Shown: positions 34,742 through 47,560 of the stretch, in pieces
How positions within the stretch are numbered: position 1 is the stretch's first letter
Layout: each line of letters opens with the position of its first letter
Source of the DNA: Neoconidiobolus thromboides FSU 785
Lineage: Eukaryota > Fungi > Entomophthoromycota
DNA length: 64,000 bases
NCBI GenBank assembly: GCA_025603075.1
Contig: MU626275.1
Span: forward strand, 62,001-126,000
Direction: 5' to 3'
Translations under genes and position numbers: made by a program
Notes under the pieces: generated by a model
What the model was told of the DNA's origin: nothing
What the model saw: only the letters and a program-made list of their open reading frames with translations
Databases searched by the model: none

Positions 34742-35515
34742 TTAAGATGTATCACCAGATAAAATGGAACTTGAGCTAATGCTTGAATCGCCGCTCAATC
34801 TTTTTCTAGTGTAAATATATTCTTCAAGGAAGTCTTCATTGATCTCATCAGGGTTACCGCCGATCACCTTATAAATTTCTTTAACACTTGGGAATTGCCC
34901 AAATTTTTTTGCTCTAAAACTATAAAGGATCTCTCCATTAAGGTTTATTACAAAAGTACCACCAAGTTGTCTAAGATCGCCTCCTTTAATGCTATTAGTC
35001 ATCCCTTTATCTCTTAAATAAGCAAATAATTTTTTAAATGATCTTGTGGCTAATGCTGATAATAAATAAAATACAGACACTTTGTTTAACCCAGCAGCCT
35101 TATACACATTCTTTTCTGGATCAAGATAAATATCCCAATCCCAATATCCCGATTCTAAAAACGCCTCTAAATCAATATCTTCAAAAGCAATTGCCGCCAT
35201 TGTAACATTATGCTTATCAAAAAGTGGTTTCATATCCGATAACATTTTAGCTTCTTGTTTACATAAACAGCATCCTAGCTGCCTCAGTACTTTAATAACA
35301 ACTGTCTTTTCCTTCCATAACTCATTTACTGGGACCTTTTCACCAAACCTATTTTTTACTAGAATATTATCAAACATTGTGATGCCAATGTTTCCATTAA
35401 TAGTCGATCTGCTAGAATTTGAACCACTATAGATACCCTTTTCCAAATCAAAATGGGTACTGGACAGATAGCTTTCTAATCCAGAATCATCAAATCTGCA
35501 GGCTTCACAGTTCAT
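34742..35515 (-). CDS. PRXL2/AhpC-TSA_2 family paralog F, 257 aa
   Basis: RQLGCCLCKQEA, DLRQLGGTFVIN, N-terminal CEAC, Ser-rich tail. Confidence 0.88.
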   Translation of the reverse strand: MNCEACRFDDSGLESYLSSTHFDLEKGIYSGSNSSRSTINGNIGITMFDNILVKNRFGEKVPVNELWKEKTVVIKVLRQLGCCLCKQEAKMLSDMKPLFDKHNVTMAAIAFEDIDLEAFLESGYWDWDIYLDPEKNVYKAAGLNKVSVFYLLSALATRSFKKLFAYLRDKGMTNSIKGGDLRQLGGTFVINLNGEILYSFRAKKFGQFPSVKEIYKVIGGNPDEINEDFLEEYIYTRKRLSGDSSISSSSILSGDTS

Positions 35516-36587
35516 TTGGACTAATTTGAAAAGAAAAGAAAAAAAAAATAGTTTTATTTGATTATTTTATCCTTGGTATTTATACTTTTGGTCTTCCGCG
35601 GTGGATTCAATAATGCTTGATGCTATAATCTATCCCTGTATTTGTTCTATAAAATTATTTTGCTTTTAAGAATAAAATATTATTAAATCATCATATTTGA
35701 AATTGAACCATATAAATTATAAGTAATTTAACTATTTACTTTAATTTAAAGTTAAAAGTAGTTTATCAGCCTTTGTTGCCATTACACACGAATACTTGAA
35801 ACTATATATCAACTTTTATCTTACTAAAATTTATTGCACTAGAATATAAACTGTATGGATATAAAAAGTCAATAAATTTAGTGATTTTTGGTCAGATTTT
35901 GGAATTTAATTTTTAAATTATAGTGTATTTAGAACAAATCAGTGATTCAATTGAAGTTTCTATTAACCACTAATATTAATATCTAATGAAAAAGTCCTGC
36001 TGGTTTAATTTATATTGATTAAGTAGAATTTAAGGAGATACGCTTATTACATTCAATTGAAACTTTGCAGTTAAGTTTTATAGCTTTGGTACCCATACCT
36101 AACAGTAGGCTCTATTTAGATATTTTCTAATTTTATTCCAACATAATGTGAGTTAATTCGAACCAGTGTTTTTTCTACCACATCACATTTTTAGTTAAAA
36201 GCGAATATTACTTTTAAAGGAACATGGGCTATTTTATCTAAAATTAAAAACTAAGACTTATGAGTTTCTTGTACTTAAAATAGACAATAAGCAAATAAAG
36301 TTGAATCAAACAGGAAAATAATTTACAAATTATAATATAGAATATTTTTATATTCTTGGAAGTCTTACTTTAAGTCCAAGTATTTTAATAGATGAATAAA
36401 CTTAAAGCTTAATAAAAAGCTTAAAGGATGAGTTTGAAAAGGTGATTGTGGAATAACAACCTTTTAGGAAGGATTTTTATCAAGTATTAATTACTATCCC
36501 GATAACTTGGTTTACTCTCTATAAGCGATATGATAACATTTCACCCAAGGAACTTGGAACTATTAATGAGTTTATCCACATCAATAT

Positions 36588-36686
36588 GGGGATGTATTTT
36601 TATATTTAAGAATTTTGCTAACAAATTTTCCACTTAAATAGGGCTTAAAAAATGGAAAAAGTAATGAAGTCAAAAAAAATACTCCC
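36588..36686 (+). mobile_element. MITE copy M15
   Basis: GGGGATGT...ATACTCCC, ATAT/ATAT flanks. Confidence 0.88.
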
Positions 36687-37278
36687 ATATGTTGATTTAC
36701 AATTACCACATGATAATGTCTATTTTCTATTTATTTGATAAAAAAATAGAAAGCATTAGCGACTTTTTTAAATGTACTCTGTGCAGTATAATTTAAACAA
36801 GCTAATATTATATATAGGCATATTAATACTAAATTGATTTAAAACAGTTAGTAACCCCTTTCCGAGTAAACTTCTGATTTTACTAAGTCGAATAGACTTT
36901 ATGTAATGGTTCTAAACCACTAGTAATTAATTGGCAGTTACTGATTTCATTTTAATATAATATGTATACAGTATTTTCAACCTATTATGACTATAACAAG
37001 AGAAAATTCAACAAACTGAAAGAAAGATTTTGACGATGATTTCTAACAAAAGTAATCAAAATTTCTAATTTTATAGCGGAGTTTCTTAATTTTATCCATT
37101 TTTTTTGAACTTATTATTGAAATTTTTTACCTGTTTATTAAAAATTTTCTCTTCCTATTACCGCAATGCGTTAGAAATACTGTATGAAAAATTGTCCTTA
37201 ATAAGAAAATGCCAAGGTGTTCATTTTTTTATCGCAGTATTAATGTTTGGTATAATGATGTATTGGATAAAATGGTAT

Positions 37279-37370
37279 GGGGATGTCTTTTTGTATTTAA
37301 GAATTTTACTAACAATTTTTCCACTCAAACAGCGCTTAAAAGATGGAAAAAATAATGAAAAAAACACTAC
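37279..37370 (+). mobile_element. MITE copy M16
   Basis: GGGGATGT start, intact core, right end eroded; flanks GTAT/ATAT. Confidence 0.8.
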
Positions 37371-38480
37371 ATATATTAGCTAAAATTATGCATTTAATAA
37401 AATTGGCTTGGATTTCATCAAAAGCATTCTTTGGTCATAAATAACTTCATTAATTAACCTTGTAATATATTATGATAGTTATACTCAACTTTAATAATGG
37501 ATTTTGATATCATTGTACATATATAAAATATCCTGAACACTATGAGAATTATAGTCATGGTATATGGAAAAATTGAGCACGAAAAACATACTGATTGATC
37601 AAACATTTAGCTTTCATTATGTTACTTTTGTGTTGCAAAGTATAACATGTATTACCAATGAATATGAATCAACCTAGAATATAATAAATGGTTTCAAGTC
37701 CTTTGATATTCAAATCGGTATTTATTTTTTTCAGCTCCTTTTTATTAATATTGCATGATAAACTATCGTTGTATAGGCAATTGATACTATTATTAAAGTA
37801 AAAAGAGATAAAAAATTAAAAAATATATACTAATACGCAACATCTTTTTTTAGAGCATATATACAGATATTTTCAGTATTAGTTTTATTAAGTATTGTAA
37901 ATAGCACCCTTAATATTAAAAAGATTAATACTAAAACTATAAAAATAAAATATTTGATAATTTTATCATTTTATATTGATATTTTATGTTTAATAGATAT
38001 ACTGAAGTTATTACTGTTAAATGTGTTACTGAGGTAGAAACACTAAATAAATTGAGCCATTGAAATAGATAACAAATCAACAGTAAATCCTTTTTATTAA
38101 ATAATAATTCAAATAATATAGATCTAATATATAACTTTTTTTAACAGTATATAAACTGTTGGTGTTATTTTTATAATAATTACATATATTATTATGGCTA
38201 TTATTTAGTCGATTTATTATTTTTTAGATATAAATCAACTGTTAGCTCTTCGATTATTTACTGAATTCACTAATGTAAACTAACTCAATAAAAATATCTA
38301 TTAAATACAAGTCCATCTTGTTAAAAAGTATTGTCACTAAATTTTATGATTTTGCAGCTATAAGCTGAGCCAAAATTTCCTTTTTAAGCAATAATCTCAT
38401 TCTTAAACCAATAGTTCTCATTTTGTAAAAATAGGTTAAAAATTATAATTGAGTAAAATTTACTTTGATATTTAGTTAAG

Positions 38481-39659
38481 ATGGAGACAGATGATGAGAG
38501 AATAAAGCGTCAAAAATATTTACTTAAAAATTATCTTGGGGGAGAAGAAAAAGAAAAAAAGAAGAAAGTCAAGTCAAATCAAAACAGTTCAAAGAACTCA
38601 AGAAGAAAAAGAGATACTATCATTGATGAAGATATGGATGGTTTTTTAGATATTGATGATCAAGAAGATGGTATATATTTTATATTGAAATTAATTGAAT
38701 ATTAATAAAATTTAGATGATCCTGTTATAATACCACCTACTCAACAAAAAGTGCCTAAAATTTTCAAAAATAAGAAAGATTCTGGTTGGAAAACAGTTCA
38801 AGGAGAAGATTTAGAATCAGAAAATGAAGTAGATACAAATAAAATAGACAAAGATGAGCAAGATGAAGGAGGAATCGGTATTTTTATTTTAATTATAGTT
38901 AATTAGTAACCATTTTTAGAACAACGTATGACAAATGGTGCTAGAGTTGGATTACAATCAGGTAAACAGGTTGCAGCAGATATTAGAAGGCAGGAAATCA
39001 TGATCAAAAAGAAATTAATGCAATTAAAGCCTGAAGAAATTGGAAGAGATGCAGAAACTATTTATCGTGACGCTAAAGGGAAAAAGATAGATATGGAATT
39101 AGAAAATGCCAGATTACAAGCTGAGCGCCAAGAAGAGGAAATGATTGAAAAGGCAAGAACCGAAAGGAACAAGGGTATGGTCCAACAAGAGCTTGCACAA
39201 AGAAGAAAAGAGGAATTTTTAAGGAATAAAGATGGACCAATGGCAAGGTAAATCAGTTTGAAAGAGATTGAGAATAAATTGTAATTTAAATTTAGGTATG
39301 CCGATGATGATGAGATCAACAATGAACTTAAACAGAAAGAGCTTTGGAACGATCCAGCAGCTAAATTTTTAACAGTAATTTTATACAAAGTTTACCTTAA
39401 AATGGTTTAATTGTTTTTTATAGAAAAAAAAGAGCAAGCTAAGATATCCACAATACCAAGGCAGAGCACCACCAAATAGATATAACATTCCTCCTGGATA
39501 TAGATGGGATGGGCGAGGTAAACGATTTGTTTCTATTTTGGTATTTTTATTAATATTTTAGATCGCTCTAATGGTTTTGAAACCAAATTATTTGAGAAAT
39601 TCAATGCCCAGAAATACAAATTACAAGAAGCTCACGCCTGGTCCACTGAAGACATGTAA
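38481..39659 (+). CDS. BUD13: Pre-mRNA splicing factor Bud13/Cwc26 (RES complex), multi-exon
   Basis: [30 protein letters not shown]....[38 protein letters not shown]. Confidence 0.92.
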
Positions 39660-40539
39660 TTCAACTAAAAATCAATTCTTTTTAAATCTCAGTTAATTTA
39701 ATTATGTATTTTATTATAAAAAATTATGTTTTCGTTCCTTTCTGTTTTATAATTCTCAATACAAAATAAAACAACCTTAAGTTCTTAATTAAACCAATAT
39801 ATTAATGGTTTGTGAATTAAACATTTATTGCAACAACCATTTTAAATTAGTTATTTGCGTCAAAGTATAAATCTGTTAGTATTGCGTATAATCTTGTGGA
39901 TATAACACTTATTAATTACAAACCTTTAAATATAAATATTAACAAGAAGTATAATGTTTTAGATTTTTTGAATGTTATATAATATGTAATAAATTTGGCT
40001 AATACAATACATCAAATATCATTTTAACTTCTGACTTCGTAATTTTAATATTTTCTGGATCCCTGCATACTTTTGTCTAGTATGAAAAATAGTTTATTTT
40101 ATTTTATTTTATTTTAGAGTATTATTTATATGACTTAAATAAATACAATGTCACTTATGATTTCAACTAGAATAGAAATAACACAGTCATGATAATAATG
40201 AAAAAGATTTGGAAATGAATGAAAAATAATAAACAAAAAAGTCAAGTTTAGTATTGAATTTTCACATAAGGATATAAAAACAATCATAAATTGTTGTATA
40301 ATTAAAATCAGTAATAAGCTCTAAACAATATAAAATGTAAAAGTGGCATAATAGTTGTTTATATATATTGTTTGGTAGGTCATATTTTCATTAAAATTTA
40401 TAAGTCAAATGTTGATTTAAGTCATTGCACTTAGGGTTTAGCTAATAAATTTACTATTTTTTCAAATTGTAACATCCAATGAAATAGTATTCAAAATAAA
40501 TACCAAAAACTTCATTTTTTCAATTTCAATTAAATTAAA

Positions 40540-42517
40540 ATGGGAAAGGCGAAAAAGAAAGCTCAAGCTCCACAAAAGGTATGAGAAATTTAGCTAAAAT
40601 GTAAAAGATTACATTATTAACTTTTTTCTATTTTCTTACCTTTAATTTTAGAATCAAAACAACAATTCAAATAACAATCAAAAAGAAGCTCTAAAGCCAG
40701 TTAAAGAATCTACCGCTTTCATTTTAATTGACGAATTTAAAGACGAAGAGCTTGGATTAAATTTTAAGTGGGAGGATAAAACCAGCACCACAGCAAAGTA
40801 TGGATTAGATCCAGCTACGGTGCTCGATGAACTTTTAGCAGCAATGACAATTGACCCTGAGGCAAACGATCTATTTGATTATATAAAAGATAACAGAAAT
40901 TTACCTAAAGGTAAAAAAGACAAGATATTGGCAGACATTGAAGAGAACCGAAAAAAAGGGGATGAAGATATTAATTTTACACCGTTACCAGTTTTAGAGG
41001 AAGGAAAGCGTACTACCCATTTTTTTTATGAAATGTTATCTAAAACGAAAGGGTTTGCGACAGAAGTAGCAACAGAAGGTTGGTTCAAAATAGTCGAATT
41101 TATAGCTTTTTATAAAACTTATTAGGAGAAGATTATGATAATGACAATAGCGATCAATTATTTGTTGGTACTATAAGTCATATAGCGTCTGAATTGAATA
41201 GTATAATCGAAAATCAGCCTACTTATGAAGACAAATATTTAGCAATATACCAAATTTGTGTAGAAACGGTTAGACTTTTTAAAAGATATAAAAATTGCAA
41301 CTAAATATTTAGATAAATGAAGCATCTAAACTTGAAGCAGAACTTAACGAAATAAAGGTCAAGTACGATTTATGTAAAAAAAGGACATTGGAAGATAAGG
41401 CAGAAATTGCTAACCTCTTGGAAAAACGAGCTGCGCTTGATATTTTAGTTAAACAATATGAAAACCAAAATAAGGAGCTAATAGTAAATTAGATTGCTTT
41501 GATTTAAGGTTATATATTAATATATTTGTAGGAGGTATTGATTTAATTCACAGTCAAACTAGGATTTATTCTGTTTTTACTTTTAGATTAAAAGAAAACT
41601 AGAACAAGAAAAAGATAAAAAAATACCGCCAACTGTTTACATAAATGAGTAATATCAATCAATCAATTTATTTATTCATTTGTCGATTAATTTGTTAATA
41701 TAGATTAAAGAAAAGAATTAAGACTATTTGGGAATTTTATACACTTAGAGATAAGCATGTTATGGCAGTTAAAGAATCCAGGGAGTTACAACTTATAATT
41801 CTCAGAGAGAAATTCAAAGCTGTAAAAGAAGCTCACGAGAATGATCTCAAAGAGGTAGAATACTAAATTTATTACTTTGAATACATTGACAATTTATAGC
41901 TTGTACAAGCGAGGGCGAATATCAAGGAATTAAAAAAGACAGAAGAAGGATTAAAATCGACAATTGTAGATAATCATAACAAACTAAAGGAAATGGAAAA
42001 CACATATAATCAACAAAATATGCAAATAAGTAAATTAAAAGAAGAATATATTCAAGTAATTAATTCAAGCATTTTTTAAAATGAATCTAATAATATTATT
42101 AGATTAAGAAAAAGAAAGACAAATCGGAAGCTGATAATAAAATATATGTGGAACGACTTAATGCAGCAAATGATAAGAATATAGAGTTAGAAGCCAGGGT
42201 AAATTTTTATCGTTTTTGTTAATGAGCTTTTTCAAAGACATTTTTAGCGTGAGGCTCTAGAAAAAGAATCAGCAATCTACAAAACACGATCAGAGAATGC
42301 AGAGGTTATTATGAAAGAATTAAAGGTATTTTTACTTTCATTTTAAAAATCAAATATTAATGAAATAGGCTAAAGCTGTAAAAGCGGAAAAAGAAGCTGA
42401 GTTCATTCGACGACATTTGGCAGAATTTAGAAAGTAAACTGGAATTGAGGATTTAAATTTTAGATTCTAAACTATTTTAGGATGAAAGGTATTGAGTCAC
42501 CTACGTCTAATGATTGA
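40540..42517 (+). CDS. Uncharacterised multi-exon coiled-coil protein
   Basis: ATG MGKAKKK at 40540, series of GT-AG introns keeping K/E-rich heptad frames open to TGA at 42515; no family recognised; exon boundaries not all verified. Confidence 0.6.
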
Positions 42518-42803
42518 ATTTAGTTTAATGCTTTGAAATCGAAGGCACTTCATAATGAACAATATCTTATTGTTATTATGACTCTTTATTAAATTTTAAT
42601 CAAAATTTGAGCAAGTCCTACAAATAATTTTAATAAAGTATTAAGAATAGTTTCGCTTAAGAGTATAAATATCAATAACAGTTATGTTTCAAAGACTCAT
42701 ACAGTGAATTTTTACTTTTTAAGCATTGTCTTACTCATCTAAGTTTAAAAAGTTTATAAAACATGCTTTAATTTATTAGGTTTTTATAATATAGCTATTA
42801 TGT

Positions 42804-42893
42804 GAGCATGCATTTTTTGTTTAAGAATTTTACTAACTTTCTCACTTAAATAGCACTTAAAAAATGGAAATAGTGATGAAACCAAAGAAAACC
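42804..42893 (+). mobile_element. MITE copy M17 (diverged)
   Basis: Core GTTTAAGAATTTTACTAAC..CACTTAAATAGCACTTAAAAAATGGAAA; eroded termini. Confidence 0.72.
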
Positions 42894-43136
42894 ATATATT
42901 GAATATTATCCTTGCTTTTTCTTATAATATATTTTCTAAACCCTCTTTTAACGTAATTTTTACCAAAAACCCTATTATTTAACTAAAATTTTATTAAAAC
43001 AATTGCAATTCAATATAAATTTCACTTAAATCTATGCTATCCAGTTTATAAATTTATGAGTAAAGTAAAAACCATTAAATATTTTAATCTTATTGATAAA
43101 TTACATCAACTCTTCTATTAATATTAGCATTGTACC

Positions 43137-43791
43137 TTATTCAATTGCTAATTCATGAGCTGCCCAATCCTCATAAGATCCATCAGGTAAATAACGTCTT
43201 ACAACAAAAGGAATAGTTCTTTGCTCTAGTTCTTTGCAAGCAATTTCATATGCATCAGTTTCGCCATGTAATTCAACTAATACTGGAGCATTCAAACTAA
43301 AAAATTAGTAAAAAAAAATAGCATTTGACTAAACGCTTACCTTAATTGAAGAGCCCTAGTACCAATAATACGTGCTTTTTCATATTTAGTCATATAGGGG
43401 GTGGTCAATCTTTCCTTTTGTTCTTTAGCTTCTGCTGTTAATAAACCTTTAGTGAAATAAGCAACGGAGTCGTCCACTACTGACTCAATAAGAAAAGGCT
43501 CTCTTGCTTCACTTTGAGTTGTGTCTCTTACAATTGGCTTCTTGGCATTTGGGTCTTTAGTTTCTCCTACTCTTAATTCATGAGGCCTATATTGATCATT
43601 GAGATCATTTGGCCCGTCATCAAGGTCATCTAAAAAGTCCTATTTTGGTTATTAAAAAATCTTAAAAGAATAATAATAATACATCTTCGATTTCATTATC
43701 ATAACTATAAATCAAAAAATTAGATTAAAATAACATATGTAATTTGTTTTATTTACTCGTCTTCATATCTATTGCTTTCAGCGTCCGACAT
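43137..43791 (-). CDS. RPB6: RNA polymerase I/II/III common subunit RPABC2 (Rpb6), multi-exon
   Basis: Acidic N-terminus; [30 protein letters not shown]...TDAYEIA.KEL....[16 protein letters not shown]. Confidence 0.95.
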
Positions 43792-44712
43792 TTTTATAGA
43801 ATAACCTGAGTTTATTTTTAAATTTTAAGTTTGAATATTTTAATATTGAGTTGGGATCCCATAAGAGTTCATGATTCAAGGATTGAATAATACTCTAAAA
43901 GCTTGATTAAATTTAGAATAAGCTAAAATAGTGAAGCTATAGCAATTTGCTATAAAAAAATTGCATTAGAATTTCAATTTGTTATTTCGGAACATGACAA
44001 AGATATGCAGATGTATTTTCAACTTCAAGTAGTCGCTTGTCTTTATTAATTATTACCAGTTAAAACATCCAAGTTTTTACTTTTTGGGGGTTTAAAGAAA
44101 CCATCTGTTCACTTTTTAAGCTTGAATTTTGAATAAACTATTAGTATTAGTTAAATTGACAAAAAAATTAATGCAAGACAATTTGGGTTCTATAAACTAG
44201 TTCTATTAATAATAAATAAAACCTCAACTATTTGTATTTACATATAAAATATTTTATCTTAAACTTTAAACTGTTTGAATTTTGTAAAATACTTTTTTCT
44301 ATATGAAAAGAAATAAAAGAAGCACTTTCTAAAAATACCTTATTACCTTTACATCCAGATACTATTTAAAGCATATATGGAAATTTAGAAGGTTTCAAAA
44401 ACAAATTAAAACTTTGAAAGGTCACTTTCCATGTAGAACTGCTGATACGTATTTTGGAAACAAAGTGCTGTTTTTTCAGCATAAGTTGTTAAAAATTATT
44501 CTTATAGACAGGTTGTTATTTTTGAAATTAATTTTGTAAAAATAATATATGCCTAACTTAAACAACTAATATTCAAAAGTAGCAATTTCAATTGTTAAAT
44601 TTTCAAATGTAACGTTAAACTAATTAGGCCCAATGCATGATTATTTGAGCCCCTTTACGTCATAAAAAGTATAAAGAAAAAAGAAAGAAATTTTTTTTAA
44701 ACATTTTTAAAC

Positions 44713-45718
44713 ATGTCTGTCAACGTTGAAGGTTATAAAGCAAGTGAATATTTCTCAAAAATTGATAAATTCTTAAAGAGTGTTGATGCCAGCAAAAAAC
44801 AAGCTCTCTTAAAAAAGGTAATAGTAAAGTTAGTTTATTCGTTCAAAATATAACTTTTGAAAAAGAGTGCTGGCGTTTACCAATTTGATATCAAAAACGG
44901 TGGTAACGTCCAAACTTGGACTTTAGACTTTAAGAATGATGGTACCGTATCAACTAGCAAACCAAAGAAAGCCGATATTACTATTACTTTAGACGACAAC
45001 GTATTCGTTGAGCTCGCTTCTGGTAAAATTACTGGTAAATTATTATATATATATATGTGATTTTATTGACTATTTGTTAAGGACAAAAAGCTTTCATGAC
45101 CGGTAAACTTAAGGCCAAGGGTAACCTCAACTTGGCAACTAAATTAGGTAAAAAATTCATAGTACTTTTAAGTTTTACCTCATATTTCAAAAGATGCCTT
45201 TTTCACTGAAGTACGTAAGAATGAAGGTGCTTCAAGCAGTACAAGCTCAAAAACTGAAGCAAGTAAACCAGCTGCTGCCTCAAGCGGCTCAGTTGAAGTT
45301 GAAGGCTTTAAAGCAAGTCAAGTATTTAAACAAATCGATGCTTGGTTAAATAGCTTACCAGAAGCTGAACGTAAGAAACAAGTCAGTCAAATTAAAGGAT
45401 TATTCCAAATCGATATTAAAAACAGTGACAAAGTACAATCATGGACCCTTGACCTTAAGAATGGTAGTGGAGAAGTTTATGCTGGAAAAGCAAAATCAAA
45501 GGCTGATGCCACTTTATCTCTCACTGACGATGTCTTTGTTTCTATGAGTCAAGGAAAATTAACTGGTAATCAACTTTTACAGCCTTAAATTATATAATAA
45601 CATTATGTTTTTAGGTCAGAAAGCTTTCATGACTGGTAAACTTAAGGTTAAAGGCCAAATGATGTTAGCTACCAAATTAGATGCTGTTTTCAAGAAACTT
45701 CCATCTTCTAAACTTTAA
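44713..45718 (+). CDS. Peroxisomal tandem SCP2 sterol-binding domain protein, 5 exons
   Basis: Two SCP2 repeats (W.LD.KNG...AD.T....D..F.....[16 protein letters not shown]...LATKL); C-terminal SKL PTS1. Confidence 0.88.
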
Positions 45719-46027
45719 ATAAATTATAAATTAACTTTTGATAATTTCATAAATATATTTTTTACGATAGCTTATAGCTTTTATTAAAATTTTGGCAACT
45801 CTTGTTTCAATATCAGACCCTATTTTGCCAGATTTAACTATTATCAAAAACTTATAAGTAGTAGCATTTATCAAACTTGTTATGTTTATCAGCAGAAACA
45901 AAACAACTTAAATGGATATTGAAAGCAATAGCCAATCATATTGACCTTCAAACTATCTAATTGCCAACGTAATACCAAATTTATTATAACAAGGAAATTA
46001 ATTTCTAATTATATTCAACCAAAAAAG

Positions 46028-46881
46028 ATGAATAAAGATACATTAGTAATAGGGATAAGGTAAATTAGTTCAACAAACTACAATGATAACTATTTAAAAT
46101 TAACTAGCGGATGTTCATGCTCTGGAAAAACAGTAATACAAGGCTAAATTAAAACTACTTTATTATTTATTTTTATAGTCAATAGGTAAATTATTAAATA
46201 GCTTGTTGAACAATAGTGTCGTGATACATCAAGATGAGTATTATAAGTTAGACCAATACATTCCAAAAGATAGTGAAACAGGATACGATAATTGGGATAT
46301 ACCTGAAGCTATTGAAATGGACCAGTTTTATAATGAAATTGTAGAAACTATAAATAGAGGTCTTAATAATAAAGGCTCAACAAAAAATGAGTCTGTCAAC
46401 AGTGAAAATTCTACAAAAGCTGGAATTATAGAAGAAATAAAGTTAAGAAATAAAGAGGTTTTGACCACGTTAAATAAACAGTATAAAAAAACTGTTATTG
46501 TTGAAGGATTTCTTTTCTTCCATGAAGAACGCTTTCTTAAATTGATTACTAAAGGCTTTTTAATATGGACCAACTTTGATACCCTACTTCAAAGAAGAAA
46601 CTCAAGGGATGGTTATGAAACAAAAGAGGGTAAATTATTAAAGTAAATAAGTTTCTGTTTTTTATTTGTACCACATTTTCTTAGGCTTTTGGAAAGATCC
46701 AGAAAATTATTTCGAAAAAATTGTATGGCCTTCTTTCCTCAAATATTATTCCAAGTTCATAAGATATAACCAAAATGATATTTCACACAATCATGAACCT
46801 TTTGGATTGGCCTTAGTTGATACTAATCCTCCACATACTGTTTCAGATTCTGTTACATCTTTATTAAATCAATTAATTTGA
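46028..46881 (+). CDS. NRK1: Nicotinamide riboside kinase, multi-exon
   Basis: LVIGISGCSCSGKT P-loop, IHQDEYYK, NWDIPEAIEM, IVEGFLFF, RR.SRDGY.T..GFWKDPENYFEKIVWP. Confidence 0.85.
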
Positions 46882-47197
46882 TTTGTACATTGCTTATGTT
46901 TGTGAATTTTATGACTTTTATTCTTGAAAATGTATGTTTCCTAAGTTGTCTATGTGATTAATATTTTGACTATTACTTATATAAATACTTGATACAATAT
47001 GTCGTAGATGATTTTAGCTTTAGAAAGTAAATATAGTCTAATATTACTGTTAAGTTGCGAATAAATGTAGAGTAATCGTACTTTAGTATTATAGCCAGTG
47101 TAGCAAATTCATGTTCTTTTGTTTTTAATCTTCAAATAAAAAATATTTATTTATTTATTTAAATTTTTGAACTTTTATCTTTATAATTAATACATAT

Positions 47198-47296
47198 GAG
47201 AATGTACTTTTGCGTTTAAGAATTTTACTAACAAATTTTCCGCTTAAATAGCACTAAGAAAATGGAAAAAATAATGAAGTCAAAAAAAACACCCCC
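47198..47296 (+). mobile_element. MITE copy M18
   Basis: GAGAATGT...ACACCCCC, ATAT/ATAT flanks. Confidence 0.85.
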
Positions 47297-47462
47297 ATAT
47301 TTAAAAGCATAAGGTATAAATGGGCGATATAGCCTGCATCATCAAGCATTAATCGACCACCGCCCTTATGCTTAAATGCTACTTTGGCGCCCTTGTACAA
47401 TATACTAACTTTGGACTAAATGATATATTGGGCTAAAGGCTATGAGTATATTTTTATTATAC

Positions 47463-47560
47463 GGGGATATATTTTTGTGTCTAAGAATTTTGCTAACAAA
47501 TTTTCCACTTAAATAGCGCTTAAAAAACGGAAAAAATAATAAAATCAAAAAAACACTCCC
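47463..47560 (+). mobile_element. MITE copy M19
   Basis: GGGGATAT...ACACTCCC; flanks ATAC/ATGT. Confidence 0.83.

Noticed and set aside
4609-35515. Selenocysteine in the SelenoU-related Prx paralogs
   Set aside because: Active-site residues are ordinary Cys codons within open frames; no in-frame TGA; the premature stop in B is TAG
47305-47373. 10-bp inverted repeat AAGCATAAGG/CCTTATGCTT; also an 11-bp hairpin at 3707-3742
   Set aside because: Single occurrences, no TSD, compatible with chance in AT-rich DNA
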